A stretch of DNA of 63,012 bases, filler included, from Octopus bimaculoides (taxonomy: Eukaryota), in assembly GCF_001194135.2 (NCBI RefSeq). It is 6 parts of 5 records of this genome, joined end to end, with 100 filler letters (N's around TTAATTAATTAA, not from the genome) between each part and the next. Parts side by side here need not be neighbours in the genome. Positions count along the whole stretch, not along the records: positions 29,898 to 51,693 come from NC_068985.1; positions 51,794 to 61,345 come from NC_068983.1; positions 61,446 to 63,012 come from NW_026418029.1; 3 more parts are not named here. One strand, given 5' to 3'. Shown piece by piece: positions 49,564 to 62,879 of this stretch. The translations under genes and the position numbers were made by a program. The notes under the pieces are model-generated. The model was given only the letters and a program-made list of their open reading frames with translations, searched no databases and had not been told where the DNA came from. Each line of letters starts with the position of its first letter. Position 1 is the stretch's first letter.

Positions 49564-50375
49564 NNNNNNNNNNNNNNNNNNNNNNNNNNNNNNNNNNNNN
49601 NNNNNNNNNNNNNNNNNNNNNNNNNNNNNNNNNNNNNNNNNNNNNNNNNNNNNNNNNNNNNNNNNNNNNNNNNNNNNNNNNNNNNNNNNNNNNNNNNNNN
49701 NNNNNNNNNNNNNNNNNNNNNNNNNNNNNNNNNNNNNNNNNNNNNNNNNNNNNNNNNNNNNNNNNNNNNNNNNNNNNNNNNNNNNNNNNNNNNNNNNNNN
49801 NNNNNNNNNNNNNNNNNNNNNNNNNNNNNNNNNNNNNNNNNNNNNNNNNNNNNNNNNNNNNNNNNNNNNNNNNNNNNNNNNNNNNNNNNNNNNNNNNNNN
49901 NNNNNNNNNNNNNNNNNNNNNNNNNNNNNNNNNNNNNNNNNNNNNNNNNNNNNNNNNNNNNNNNNNNNNNNNNNNNNNNNNNNNNNNNNNNNNNNNNNNN
50001 NNNNNNNNNNNNNNNNNNNNNNNNNNNNNNNNNNNNNNNNNNNNNNNNNNNNNNNNNNNNNNNNNNNNNNNNNNNNNNNNNNNNNNNNNNNNNNNNNNNN
50101 NNNNNNNNNNNNNNNNNNNNNNNNNNNNNNNNNNNNNNNNNNNNNNNNNNNNNNNNNNNNNNNNNNNNNNNNNNNNNNNNNNNNNNNNNNNNNNNNNNNN
50201 NNNNNNNNNNNNNNNNNNNNNNNNNNNNNNNNNNNNNNNNNNNNNNNNNNNNNNNNNNNNNNNNNNNNNNNNNNNNNNNNNNNNNNNNNNNNNNNNNNNN
50301 NNNNNNNNNNNNNNNNNNNNNNNNNNNNNNNNNNNNNNNNNNNNNNNNNNNNNNNCACAGCTGGGGCTAAACAAG

Positions 50376-50762
50376 GAAAGACACATTAGATTAATGTAGT
50401 CCTAGATACACTATGCCTGAATATGAGATGGGATGAACACAGATGGAACACATTTAATCATGGCTCTGTTGGGTCAGGAATGACCCAGGGCTAAATAACA
50501 CCGACACAGAAGGACACATTAGATAATGTAGTCCTAGATACACTATGCCTGAATATAAGATGGGATGATCACAGCTGGAACACATTTAATCATGGCTCTG
50601 TTGGGTCAGGAATGACCCAGGGTTAAATGACACAGACACAGAAGGACACATTAGATAATGTAGTCCTAGATACACTATGCCTGAATATATGACAGGATGG
50701 TCACAGCTGGAACACATTTAATCATTGATTTGATGGATCAGGAATGACCTAGGGTTGAACAA
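50376..50762 (+). repeat. Tandem repeat, about 3 x 132 bp
   Basis: ACACATTAG recurs at 50381, 50514 and 50646; units are near identical. Confidence 0.9.
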
Positions 50763-51693
50763 CTAACTGGACCCACCACCATCAACTACAACCATGACCA
50801 CATCAGCACCAGGGTCAGTAGCAGACACTACAACCACTACATACACATCACTACACAGCACAACCTACCACCACCCTAATACTACAACAATAACCCTTAT
50901 CATTAATGCTACATTACATGACTGTCACTACTACACCAACTACAACATCACTACCACCTCAACCACATCCTATACCACAATTACAACTACAAACAAAAAC
51001 CAACACCACCACTACAACAACCAAGAAACTGGGACACCCTACCATTACCACCACTACTACTGCCACACCTCACCACCACCACCCCCAACTTAGTCCCCAT
51101 TACCACAACTTCTACCACCACCACAACCCCCACAGCTCACTACAATTCCTACCTCCCCACCACTATCACCTTTAGCAACACACACTTGTATACATCCCAT
51201 GACTAACCACCACCTCCCTAGCCCACCTGCACCCCANNNNNNNNNNNNNNNNNNNNNNNNNNNNNNNNNNNNNNNNNNNNNNNNNNNNNNNNNNNNNNNN
51301 NNNNNNNNNNNNNNNNNNNNNNNNNNNNNNNNNNNNAACACCAGGGTCAATCTAATCGATTTAGCCTCTATCCCTGAAATTGCTGGCCTTGTGCCTAAAT
51401 TTGAAACCAATACTGGTGATAGATATAAGGGAGTGAGCTGGCAGTTCCAATAACATGGGGGGTTAAGTGTTTGTGTCATTTTGTCCATCTTCAGGTTTTG
51501 AGTTCAAATTCTGTCGAAGTTGATTTTGTTTTTCATCTTCTCAGGGTCAATAAAATACATACCAGTTGAGCACTGGTGGGGCGGGGGTGCTAATGAAATC
51601 AGCTGCTTTATTTCACGTTGCTCCAGTTCACTGAGCTGTAGAAATGAGTTGCGACGTCACAGGTGCCAAGCTGTATCAGCCCCTTTGCCTTTG

Positions 51694-51793
51694 NNNNNNN
51701 NNNNNNNNNNNNNNNNNNNNNNNNNNNNNNNNNNNNNTTAATTAATTAANNNNNNNNNNNNNNNNNNNNNNNNNNNNNNNNNNNNNNNNNNNN
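51694..51793. other. Artificial scaffold linker
   Basis: Same 44+12+44 structure. Confidence 0.97.
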
Positions 51794-51849
<56 letters not shown>

Positions 51850-51911
51850 TGATAGATAGATAAATAGATAGATAGATAAATATATAGACAGATAAATAGA
51901 TAGATAGATGA

Positions 51912-52009
<98 letters not shown>

Positions 52010-52539
52010 TGATATAGATAGATAGATATGTGCGAGTGTGTTTATACAGAAAACCAAAAAAGTCATAAACAAACACTTGGTCTACTAGTCAGAACTAATA
52101 ACTTAGTACTTTGTAAGTAAGCAAAAGAAGTTTTCTTTGAGAGTTACGCACTATGTGTTGTCATGCTTTGATTTAGTTCTCTCTGGATGTATAAGAAAAG
52201 AAATCTCTCACATTTAAGAATCACTTTCTTTCCAAATTCCCTGTTGATGTGTATGTGTGTGCACCTGTGTGCATCTGTGAGTGTTTGTGTTTTTATGTGT
52301 GGATGTATGTGAGTGTGTTGGTGCGTGTGCAAGCGTGTTGTTATGTGCGTGTATGCATTTCAATGACGACTATTTCTAGATGTTTATATACTTTTATATT
52401 TTTATACCCAAGTGATTTCTTAGCTTATCAATTTTGTTTACCCTTTAGATTTGTATCTGTAGTCTCTAAAAAAAACCATATGAAATGATATACATATGTA
52501 AATGTCAATGTCACTGCGTGCATATATATATATATACAT

Positions 52540-52606
<67 letters not shown>

Positions 52607-52638
52607 TAGATAGATAGATAGATATAATATGTAGAAAC

Positions 52639-52685
<47 letters not shown>

Positions 52686-53256
52686 TATATATTTTATATA
52701 TACATAGATATTTATATATTATATTTATACACATATCATCATCATCTTCATCATCATCATTTAGTGTCTGTTGTCCATATATTTGTATGTATGTATGTGT
52801 GTGTGTATACATACACACACACATAGTTACATACACAAATACTTACACACACATTCATATATACATACATACATACATACATATGTTCATATGTCTGCGT
52901 GCTTGCCACTTCTGTCATCAAGAATTCCCACATCTTTGAATTGGCCAGTAAATCGAATATGTTTTCATAGATGTATACAACAAATATATGATTACCAGAA
53001 AAAGCTGACTTTAAAAGAGATATACATTCAGTCTATACTATATAGAAAAAAGCTTTATAATCATAAAAAGTCCCGAGTTCTTTAATAACTATAATAATAA
53101 TTTCTCTTCTAAAAGTATGAAACCAGTTTAGTTTGTTTGCTTTTATTTTTACCCTTTTTAATTATTATTATTATTATTTTTTTTTGTGGAGAAAAGTGTT
53201 TAAGCTGACTGGGAATACCCACCTATATGGCAGGTATTTGTATTATTGTGAGAGAA

Positions 53257-53289
<33 letters not shown>

Positions 53290-53380
53290 CAAAGAATTTG
53301 AGAGAGAGGGGAGAGAGAGACAGAGAGAGTGTTTGAGAGAAAGTATTTAGAGAGGGAGAGTTTGTGTTTGAGAGAGAGAG

Positions 53381-53592
53381 GAGAAGAGAGAAAGAAGAGA
53401 GATGGAGAAGAGAGAAAGAAGAGAGATGGAGAAGAGAGAAAGAAGAGAGATGGAGAAGAGAGAAAGAAGAGAGATGGAGAAGAGAGAAAGAAGAGAGATG
53501 GAGAAGAGAGAAAGAAGAGAGATGGAGAAGAGAGAAAGAAGAGAGATGGAGAAGAGAGAAAGAAGAGAGATGGAGAAGAGAGAGAAGAAATG
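53381..53592 (+). repeat. 24-bp purine minisatellite (GAGAAGAGAGAAAGAAGAGAGATG), 8 copies plus a partial one
   Basis: Direct reading of the sequence. Confidence 0.95.
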
Positions 53593-55079
53593 AAAGAGGA
53601 GAGATAGGGAAGGGAAGAGAGAGAAAATACGAGAGAGAGAGGCAGAAGAAAGAGAGAAAGGGGAAGAGAAAGCCAGAGGGGAAGAGAAAGAGAGAGAGAG
53701 GGAGGAAGGGAGAGGCTGATATGAAATCAAATATGTATATGTTGGGTGATTTGAAAATAAGAATTTGTCATTTCAACTTTTGTTACTGTTTTACTTGCAT
53801 TGAGCAATATTTACATTTATTTTTGCATGGAAGCCAATGCTGATGTTAAGATGCTAGGATGAATAGAGGTTAACAATATGGCAATGGTTCATATTTGATA
53901 CTGGCAATATGTCATCATTAAAGGATAATTAATTTTTCATGACCCAGTCCACATAATTATAAACCTTGTATAGTGGAAGCTAAAGCGGCAGTCTCTGTGC
54001 AGACAGTCACCTTACTAGAAATAGCAGTAAAATTTCTCTCCCGTGACACCTTGCTCTTTAGAAAAACAAAGGGAGGGAAAATGTTCTAAATACACTATAT
54101 TCTTATATTCTCTCTTTTATTCTTTTACTTGTTTCAGTCATTTGACTGTGGCCATGCTGGAGCACCACTTTAAGGGGTTTTAATCAAAGAAATCAACCCC
54201 GGACTTATTCTTTGATCGACTAAAGGCGGCGCTCCAGCATGGCCACAGTCAAATGACTGAAACAAGTAAAAGAGTAAACACACAAGATATTTCAACAATT
54301 TTTTATACAATTCATAAGATTTATTGATATAAATATGATAAGACTTTTCTAGACATCAAATGGCTATGAGGGTCCAATAAAGTAAAACAAGAATCAAAGG
54401 GGTCTATAGGCAACAAGTGGTTGGGAACCATTGCTATAGAGGGAACTCTGTTAAACACAGCTAAATGCCAGGTAATGGTGTTAAACTGTGAGTGAGAACA
54501 AGTCTACCACCACAAAACATATGAGTGGAGTTTGATAGCCAGAAAGTTCTCCAGCAGGCTGCCGCAGATATTTTCACTACAAAATTTCACTAATTGAGGT
54601 TGGGAGCCATGAGGCAGGTATCAGTAGTCACTGTCTGTGTTGTGGTAATCAATTTACATGGTTCCTCTGAAGGTGTTCTGTGCAAAGTGTTTGAGGCAGC
54701 CAGTACATTCACTGTGAAAAAATTAGAGTGCTCAGAGTTAGTCCCACCAGCTAACATACAAAATGTGCAAAATTATTTTACAGAAATCTATAAAAATATA
54801 TTTTTGTATGGAGTTATTAGCGTAGCTGTGAAGCATCTTAGCAATAAAACCACATGTACACCCACAAATCTTATTTACTATAAGTAAACCATTCAAAATA
54901 AGCATACTACAGTGAATGCAGAATGTCATGTAACACACTAGAAAGAATGCAGATTAATTAATTCTACAAAATATGCATTTCTACTGGAGCCATGAAAAAT
55001 GTTTCTATGTTGTGAGAGGCAAGATTTTTCAAAATTAATTCAAAGGAAACAAAACTTTTTACCAAAAACAATGAGAATT

Positions 55080-55253
55080 ATGTTTTTATATTGGCATGGG
55101 CATTACTGTGAAGTTAGAAGGTTGTTTCCCACTCACATGGTTCTTGGTTTAGTTCTACTGCATGGCACCTTGGTCAAGTGTCTTGTTCTATAACTCCAGG
55201 CTGACCAAAACATAGTGAGTGGATTTGGTAGAGAGAAACTGAAAGAAGCCCAT

Positions 55254-55295
<42 letters not shown>

Positions 55296-55670
55296 ACCCT
55301 AAAACCTGTTGTTGGCCCAAGACCTCTTAGTGCTTCTTGTTTTGGATTTATGCTTTCTACAGACGATGTGTGTGTGTGTGGGGTGTCTGTCTCTGTGGCT
55401 GGGTGTGCGTGTGTGTGTGTCTATATTTGTATATGCACATATCCATGTGTATGTCTTTGTGCTTGTCCCTCACTAGGCGACCGGTATTGGTTTGTTTGCA
55501 TCCATGTAACTTAGAGGTTCAGCAAAAAAAAGAAAGAAATCAATGGAATAATCACCAGGCTTATAAAAACAGTTTAGTAATGGGTTGATTCATTTGACTA
55601 AAACCTTCCAAGGTGCTGCTCCAGGACGAACACTGTCCAAAGATTGAAACAAGTAAAAGATAAAACGAAA
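55080..55670 (+). mobile_element. Degenerate SINE family A with long internal (GT)n
   Basis: 5' half at 55080-55260 (GGCACCTTGGTCAAGTGTCTT..GAAACTGAAAGAAGCCC); 3' half at 55455-55670. Confidence 0.7.
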
Positions 55671-56586
55671 GATAGCATTATTCAGTGTAGATAATTGGCA
55701 GGATCATTAGAGCATTAAACAACAAATGCCTTGTGATAATTGATCCGGCTTTTTGCTTTCTCAGCTCATAAATTGTGAAGATGAAGATTATTCTTTCTTC
55801 TCTCCAGAGTCAGTAAATAAATTACCAATTACTAAGTGTTGATTTTCTTCCTTTCTCTTTCTCTGTCCCTCTCTTTTTCTCTTTTCTCTGTCTTTCTCTC
55901 TGAAATGGCTCTGCTATACTTTGTGAGGGCCATGGGAGGAAAATACTCATTGTTCTATTACCCCTTTTCTTCCAGGAATGAAGGAAGGTTGAACTTGGAG
56001 CTAAGTGGTAGCCTTTTTCCATCTTGTATGCTACAAAAAAAAAAAACATCCATCAACCAAAGTCATAGAAAATAATGGGTATAAACAATCCAATGTACTT
56101 TAAAGCATGGAATGGTTACAAAAATAATAATAATCATAAAATAAAATTATTTAATTAATATTTCCTATGGCATATTATGTTACTTTGTTTGAACATAATT
56201 ATCAAATGTGCACTGCTTGGTGATTCGTTTTGGATATTAACTGGTCTCTAAGCAGCTTGACTAAGGGAATACACATAGTTCTGAATTCTACACAGTGATG
56301 GCAAAACAAAATCTAACAAGGTCAATGATGTGATAATTATGGATGCCAAATATGTTCCCACAAGAGTATATATTCAAAAAATTATTTTTAGAGCAACACT
56401 GAAATTATTAATTAGAATTTATTAATTTCAGATTTTTTTTTTTAAATATACTCCAACATTGTACCAAATTTTACCACATGAATGAATAAGGAAGTGCCTA
56501 TGTGGTAGATAAACCTGCTAGAAATAGCTGTCAAATCCCTGTAAAATAACACATCAATACACTAGGTAACAGAGTCTTTGGCATAC

Positions 56587-56900
56587 TATCATCATCATTA
56601 TCATCATTTAACCTCTCCTTTCCATGCTGGTATGAGTTAGATGGTTTGATTGGACTGTTAAGCTGGAGAGCTGCACCAAGTTCCAATCTGATTTGGCATG
56701 GCTTCTATGGCTGGAAGCCCTTCCTAACACCAACCACACCAAGAGTAGAAAGGGTGCTTTTTATGTAGTAGTGGTACTGGTGCCATTTACATGACACTGG
56801 CAATGACCACAACTTTGATTTGACTTGGCTTGGTGAGTCTTCTCAAGCATAGCATATCACTAAAGGTCTCAGTCACTTGTCCCCTTTGTGAGGCCCAAGT
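56587..56900 (-). mobile_element. Degenerate RTE-related 3' UTR
   Basis: Begins (ATC)n TTTAACCTCTCCTTTCCATGCTGG, the reverse complement of the same tail; includes GCCCTTCCTAACACCAACCAC. Confidence 0.7.
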
Positions 56901-57179
56901 AAGGAATGGTGATGGTGATCAAAGATCAGCTCAACCAAAGCTGATCTGGATCTAAACAACACATTTACCATATTAAGCGTATGATTTCTAACATATGATT
57001 AAAACCTTATACGTCCAGGTAGGAAGAAATAAGTTGTTGTGACATTAAACATTTTTCACAAAAGATTTATGCTGAAAGATGATACACTGGAGAAAAGTGC
57101 TTAGTGTGAAGTTAGAGAAATGTGACATGGTAGAGGTGAAGAGCTGAAGCAAACCCTGTGCAAAAGCTGGGCTAAGGTT

Positions 57180-57558
57180 TGTTGTTGTTGTTGGCACTCC
57201 ATCGCTTACGACGTCAAGGGTTCCAGTTGATCCGATCAACGGAACAGCCTGCTCGTGAAATTAACGTGCAAGTGGCTGAGCACTCCACAGACACGTGTAC
57301 CTTTAACGTAGTTCTTGGGAATATTCAGCGTGACACAGTGTGACAAGGCTGACCCTTTGAATTACAGGCACAACAGAAACAGGAAGTAAGAGTGAGAGAA
57401 AGTTGTGGTGAAAGAGTACAGCAGGGTTCACCACCATCCCCTGTTGGAGCCTCATGGAGCTTTAGGCGTTTTCGCTCAATAAACACTCACAACGCCCGGT
57501 CTGGGAATCGAAACCGCTTTCCTCTGACTGCGAGTCTGCTGCTCTAACCATTAGGCCA
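57180..57558 (-). mobile_element. SINE family C, second copy
   Basis: Highly similar to 48560-48947 along its length. Confidence 0.88.
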
Positions 57559-58229
57559 AGGTAGAGATGTATGTAATAGTAGTTTGAAGAGTCCAGAAGA
57601 GTAGAGTCAGCATCCTAACAGCAGAAGAGGCAGGAGGATAAAGCAGCTCATCTGTTGTTATAGTGCTATGGTCAATTTATCAATTAACTATTAAGTTAGA
57701 CATGGCCTGGACCAATCTTCGGTCGAAACATATCTAAGCTTTATTTAAGTTTTAACTAGGATTCTGTTATTAAATGTAGCCTACAATGTTTGTATATGTA
57801 GTAGCAACACAGTTTTTGATATATGAGTAATTAGGAAACTTAGTTACTAAATAAAAAGTGTTCTATAAGATAATTAACAGACTTAAATGAGTACTACAGT
57901 TAATTTAATCAACTATAATGTTTAAAGGGGTTGCACTACAGTAGCTGCTGCCCAATGAATGAAGCTAGCAAACCTGCTTGGCTGCTCAGAGCTTCATTTA
58001 TTAATTAGAATTAAAGTCTTTTCTGTTACTGTGAGAAAGCATAGTCTCTGTGGTGCTGTTTTGGCAGTGATATATGTAAGGTTATCTTGAGAGTTTATGA
58101 GAGACTGTAAGATCTAACATTCGTTGTAATCTTGAAGGTTTTGGTTGTGTATAGATCAGATGTAGGGAACTTATCATGCGAAATTATCTTTGTGCTGATG
58201 AGTGAGATAATTATGTTCTCATTGCAGTA

Positions 58230-59458
58230 CCAGGTTGAGTCAAAAGTTTTTTTTCATGTCTCAAGCTTTATTTCATAGTCAAAATAAATTACATATGAAA
58301 AACATTTATTCATCAGAATATATTCTGAAGGTGTCTGTGGCCATCGTTGTACCAGAACCTCAATTTCATGTTTATACCATTTTGCTGGTTTAGAGGCAAA
58401 AAGCTTTCTGCACTCATTTTCAACTTCATCCCTATTGTTGAACCTCAATTTGTGAAGAAAATGAGCCATGCTTGGAAAAGGTGGTAATCCGATGGTGTAA
58501 GGACTGGACTGTAGGTAGGGTGAGGCAACACTTGGTCACATTAGCAGTGCATGCTAGAGAATTGTCATGTTGTAGGAGTGCATGTCTTTTTGATTGACCA
58601 CTGCCAAGTAACAGCCTTTCAAGGTATCATACTCACTGCAGTTGTTGAGCATAAAGGTTACCATTCACAGCATGACCATCTGGGATAAGCTCAAAGTACA
58701 ATATCCATTCAAAATTCCACTAAATCACGCAACATGACTTCCTATTGAAACTGCCCTGATTCGATACCTGGTGTGAAGTTTGGCCAGAATGTAACCACTG
58801 ATTTCTCTTATTAGAATTACAAAAATAGATCTGTCTTTCATCCTCAATTACTATTCAATGCCAAAACCAGGCATCGCAAGGATTTGCCAACTGTTTGCAA
58901 ATGTTCCAACAATGAGCTTGGTCATTGGTCAGCTCATGAGGAACCTCTTGACAGTGTCTCTTCACAAGGGCCTACTTATGGAGGTGTTGACTGGTAGTGC
59001 TTTGTAAATGACCAAGTTCTGGCAACAGTGAGCACTTGTGCTTGACTGGTGTTTAACCATTTCAAGAAAGGCCTCATCTTCCACAACACAAGATCCTGAC
59101 CTTGGTTTGTCTTTGAGGCTGGTGTCACCTTCTTTGAAATGTGTGAACCAGTTTTGTGCCACATAATTGTTGACAGTTCATGGGCTTTCCACATCATTAA
59201 CTTCTTTTGCTGCTACCCTTGCACTCAGTTCTTTTCTCCATAGGTAGCATAAAGTGATTCCATTTGCAATTTGTTCCACCAGTTATTATCAAAGCTGTGA
59301 ATTAAAAAAAAAAAAACAATTAATGTTTGTAGAAAATAAAAAATAAACAATTCAGCAACTATTGGACAATAAGTTGTATCAAATTAATGATATAAAATGG
59401 AGATAAAAGTTGCCAAAAATCCTCATGGAAAATCTGAAGAACTTTTGATTCAGCCTGG
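58230..59458 (-). mobile_element. Full-length, decayed mariner (Tc1/mariner) DNA transposon
   Basis: TIRs CCAGGTTGAGTCAAAAGTT and AACTTTTGATTCAGCCTGG, each flanked by TA. Remnant motifs WFTHFKEGDTSLKDKPRSG, IVIEDE, WNFEWILYFELIP, LLQHDNS and LPHPTYSPVLTPSDYHLF, with multiple stops and frameshifts. Confidence 0.92.
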
Positions 59459-61301
59459 TATAATTACAGAATCACCATTGATGTAAGCAATGCATGTCTG
59501 GTATGAAATTTCTTCACAATATGACAATGACAATTTGTGTGCAGAAGGTTAAGGCGGAGCAAGAGATGTATCATCTGCACAGGAGAGTATAAGATATGAT
59601 ATAATATGTAGGTCATTAATATATAGTGAGGTTGATGCTGATATATTTAATGACGTGGGTATATAAATTTTCATAAATTAAAATTACGTTTGTGGTGAAG
59701 AGAAAGAACTATTTCATTAATGATCAATTCTGATCAAAAGTGTGAGTACGATAACATCGAAATTGATTAATTTAAAGTAGAATGTGTGGGAAAACTCTGG
59801 ACATGTTTTAGTCTTATCTGACCTTTTCAGCAAAGAAGACTTTACCAAAGATAACTTAAGAGGTAGATATATTTGTGAATAAACATAGTGTGGTGTAATA
59901 ATTTGAAAGGAGGACAAGTTAAAAATATCTAGGGACACACACTGCATAAATAAAAAAAAAACTAAAAAAAAAACAGCTGATAATGTCGGTAGTAATATAT
60001 TTGGTAATAGTAAGTCATGAAATGTTAATTGATTATACTTTAATGTACAATGAAGAAAATTTGGAAATATAGACCTAATCTTCAGGTATGAACTAGAGTT
60101 CATAGAATGTAGATTGAAGGGAACTTTATCAGCACATGCTGCAACGGGAAAGTCTTGCAAGAGATACCCAAAATGAAAGATGGAACCTTTTGGAGGACAA
60201 CACAGTTAAAAGTTTCTCAAACCAGACACTGCTAAAGGATTTGTAGGAGACTTAGGCTCCACTTTTAGCAGGTTAGGTGATCCCACAGAGGATCCCTGCT
60301 AGTCAGCAGCAGGTCTAGTACTGACAAAAGTTTACTGGTCAACATTTAGAGGTTAAGAGATGAAGGAAATAGCTGTTTACAAATTAACTTATTACCTTTA
60401 GATTTATTGAGAATCAGGGCAATAGAATGATATTTGGGATGACTAAAACAATAGCAATTTGCATGAAGGGATCATATTGTAGTATGTTTTCTAATTGATT
60501 GGGACAAAGACAGAAAGATTAAAGAGTTTATTGAAGATACACATCTGTTCTGAAGTGAACTGATTAGCAGTAAATAGACATTGTCAGAAGCAGTCATCTT
60601 GTGGGAAATTGTGTATATAAGAGGTTGATGCAGTAGAGGAAAGTTTGGGAGAAGTTTTTTTTTTTTGTGTGTATGGCAAATATATAGTTGAATCAGAATT
60701 GAACATCAATTCAGTGACTTTAATCAGCAAGAGTGCAATGTACAGAGCCATTTGTTTGGTGATTTTCAAATAATAGAATTCTGAAAAAAATTTGCTACTG
60801 ACTGTGTAACCAGTTAGGTTATGCAGACAGTGGGAGTTCCACCATCACATTCTTTGGAGGGTTAGCAGCATTTAAGAGCATCAATGAAAATCAACTGACT
60901 AATATCTTCATGAGGACTTTTTCTAGTTGCACATGGAAAGGAAGGTGAGGGATGGGAGGGAGGTTCTTCCCCACCCTCTTCCCTATAGATCTGATGGAAG
61001 TTAGATGAATGTAATACAAACAACCTCAGTAAATGGATCTTTTCTAAGCATGGATCTATAGGCTGTAAAGTACAGAGGAGGTAGGAGCATATGCTATAAT
61101 ATGCTTTGTGGACCCAGAATCCATGGGATTGTTTGGTCACCTATGGGTGGTATTCCCTCTATTGAGGAGTTTTGTTAGAATTTTTAGTTAATAATCGCAT
61201 TTCCTTTTATTGTTTATATCTGTTCATATAATCCTACACTGTTCCTTGACTTTGTGTTGTCCCAAACAGCTTTTTTTGTGGGCATTGAGACCAATAAGAA
61301 A

Positions 61302-61345
<44 letters not shown>

Positions 61346-61445
61346 NNNNNNNNNNNNNNNNNNNNNNNNNNNNNNNNNNNNNNNNNNNNTTAATTAATTA
61401 ANNNNNNNNNNNNNNNNNNNNNNNNNNNNNNNNNNNNNNNNNNNN
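61346..61445. other. Artificial scaffold linker
   Basis: Same 44+12+44 structure. Confidence 0.97.
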
Positions 61446-62879
61446 TCCCCAGAAATAAAATTTAAAAAAAAAAAAGTGGGCTTCCCATGAACCAGGCATC
61501 TCCCACAGACCCTCAGTTGACTTACAAATCGCTTGGGTTAAAAAACTGAAATAGAGAAACGAAAAGAACTTTCCACTCGTATTAAGCAACTGTATGCCTA
61601 CTTTTGCCCATCTCCGCTGTATATAAAATAAATGCCTATATTTAACCCATTTGGTATTTAAGCCAGTCATTATATCCAGCTCCAAATATGCTACCTGTTT
61701 TACTTTCTAACAGACAGATCCAGCCTATCACACCTGCCCTTCAATGCCATTCTAAAAATATGCAGTCACATTGTGAAAATTTCGAAGCTACAAAATAATG
61801 CCTGATTAATTAAAAATAATGCTAATGAAAACAAAACATGACATTTGACAGAGTAAAGTGAACGCTAAAGGATTAAATAACGGATTGTAGAAAATACGAG
61901 ATTGAAAATAATTTGTCTTCTTTTGAAAAACTATGTAGATACATACATGCAGCAATTAGTATTGACCCTGTCTGTCTGTCTGTCTCTCTAAACCTCACGC
62001 CTACATTGCCGTAGTGACATCTCTCTGTCTGTCTGTCTATCTCTCTTTCCTCTTTCTCTCTCTCTCTCTCTCTCTCTGAAGTAAATATACAAGTCACAAC
62101 TAACCAACCTGTTGCTCTGCTGAACGATTAGGCTTCTCCTGGGGCTATGACAATACCTGATGTCTGTGTGTCTGTTGTTGCCATGGTGAATAAGACACCT
62201 GAACAAAGAAAAAAAAGAGGACGAAGAGGGGTTGGTTGGGGGGAAGTGAAAGGCATTAATGGGAAAGGGAGGTGAAATTAATAAAGCTGGTGGCAGGAGG
62301 CCAAGGGCGGACTGGGGTTTCTGCTCTGTTGTTTAGTCCGAGTGGCAACTCTGACTGAGTGAAAACAATCCATCCACGACCTTTCCAACTTTCTCTTGGA
62401 CTTCACCTTTGTCCCTCACTTCTCAAAACGACAGGGTTCAATTTGAGGGACATTTAGTAGCCATTTCTAGCAGGCTGAATGACCACATGAGAGCTGCCTT
62501 TGATGGGTGACATTAAAACAGTTCTGTGCTGGTGTTAATGTGGTCAGCCCTTGACCAGTCATAATTGAGAAGATCTATAATCAAAAGGCAACCCAGTCGT
62601 GACCATCCTGTTTTAATGTGTGTGATATTGTTTTTTTTAAGGCAGCAGAATGAATTTGAGAGTGATTTTGCTGCTGTTTCTAGCAGGTTGAATAATCAAG
62701 TACAAATTGCCTTAAGCATACACAAACACAAGCATACACATTTATGTATTCACACACACACACACACACACATATACTTGTACATATATACACATACACA
62801 TTTATATATGTATGCACACATACACATGTATATATACATACACACATGTATATATGCATACACATGTACACATGTATAT

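Noticed and set aside
50794-51236. Mucin-like Thr/His/Pro ORFs
   Set aside because: Low-complexity CAC/ACT tract without exon signals.
53329-53843. Charged repeat proteins (GEERKKRD)n and similar
   Set aside because: Frames of a 24-bp purine minisatellite.
59717-60160. 147-aa minus-strand ORF
   Set aside because: AT-rich, L/F/S-biased, with no motif; expected by chance.
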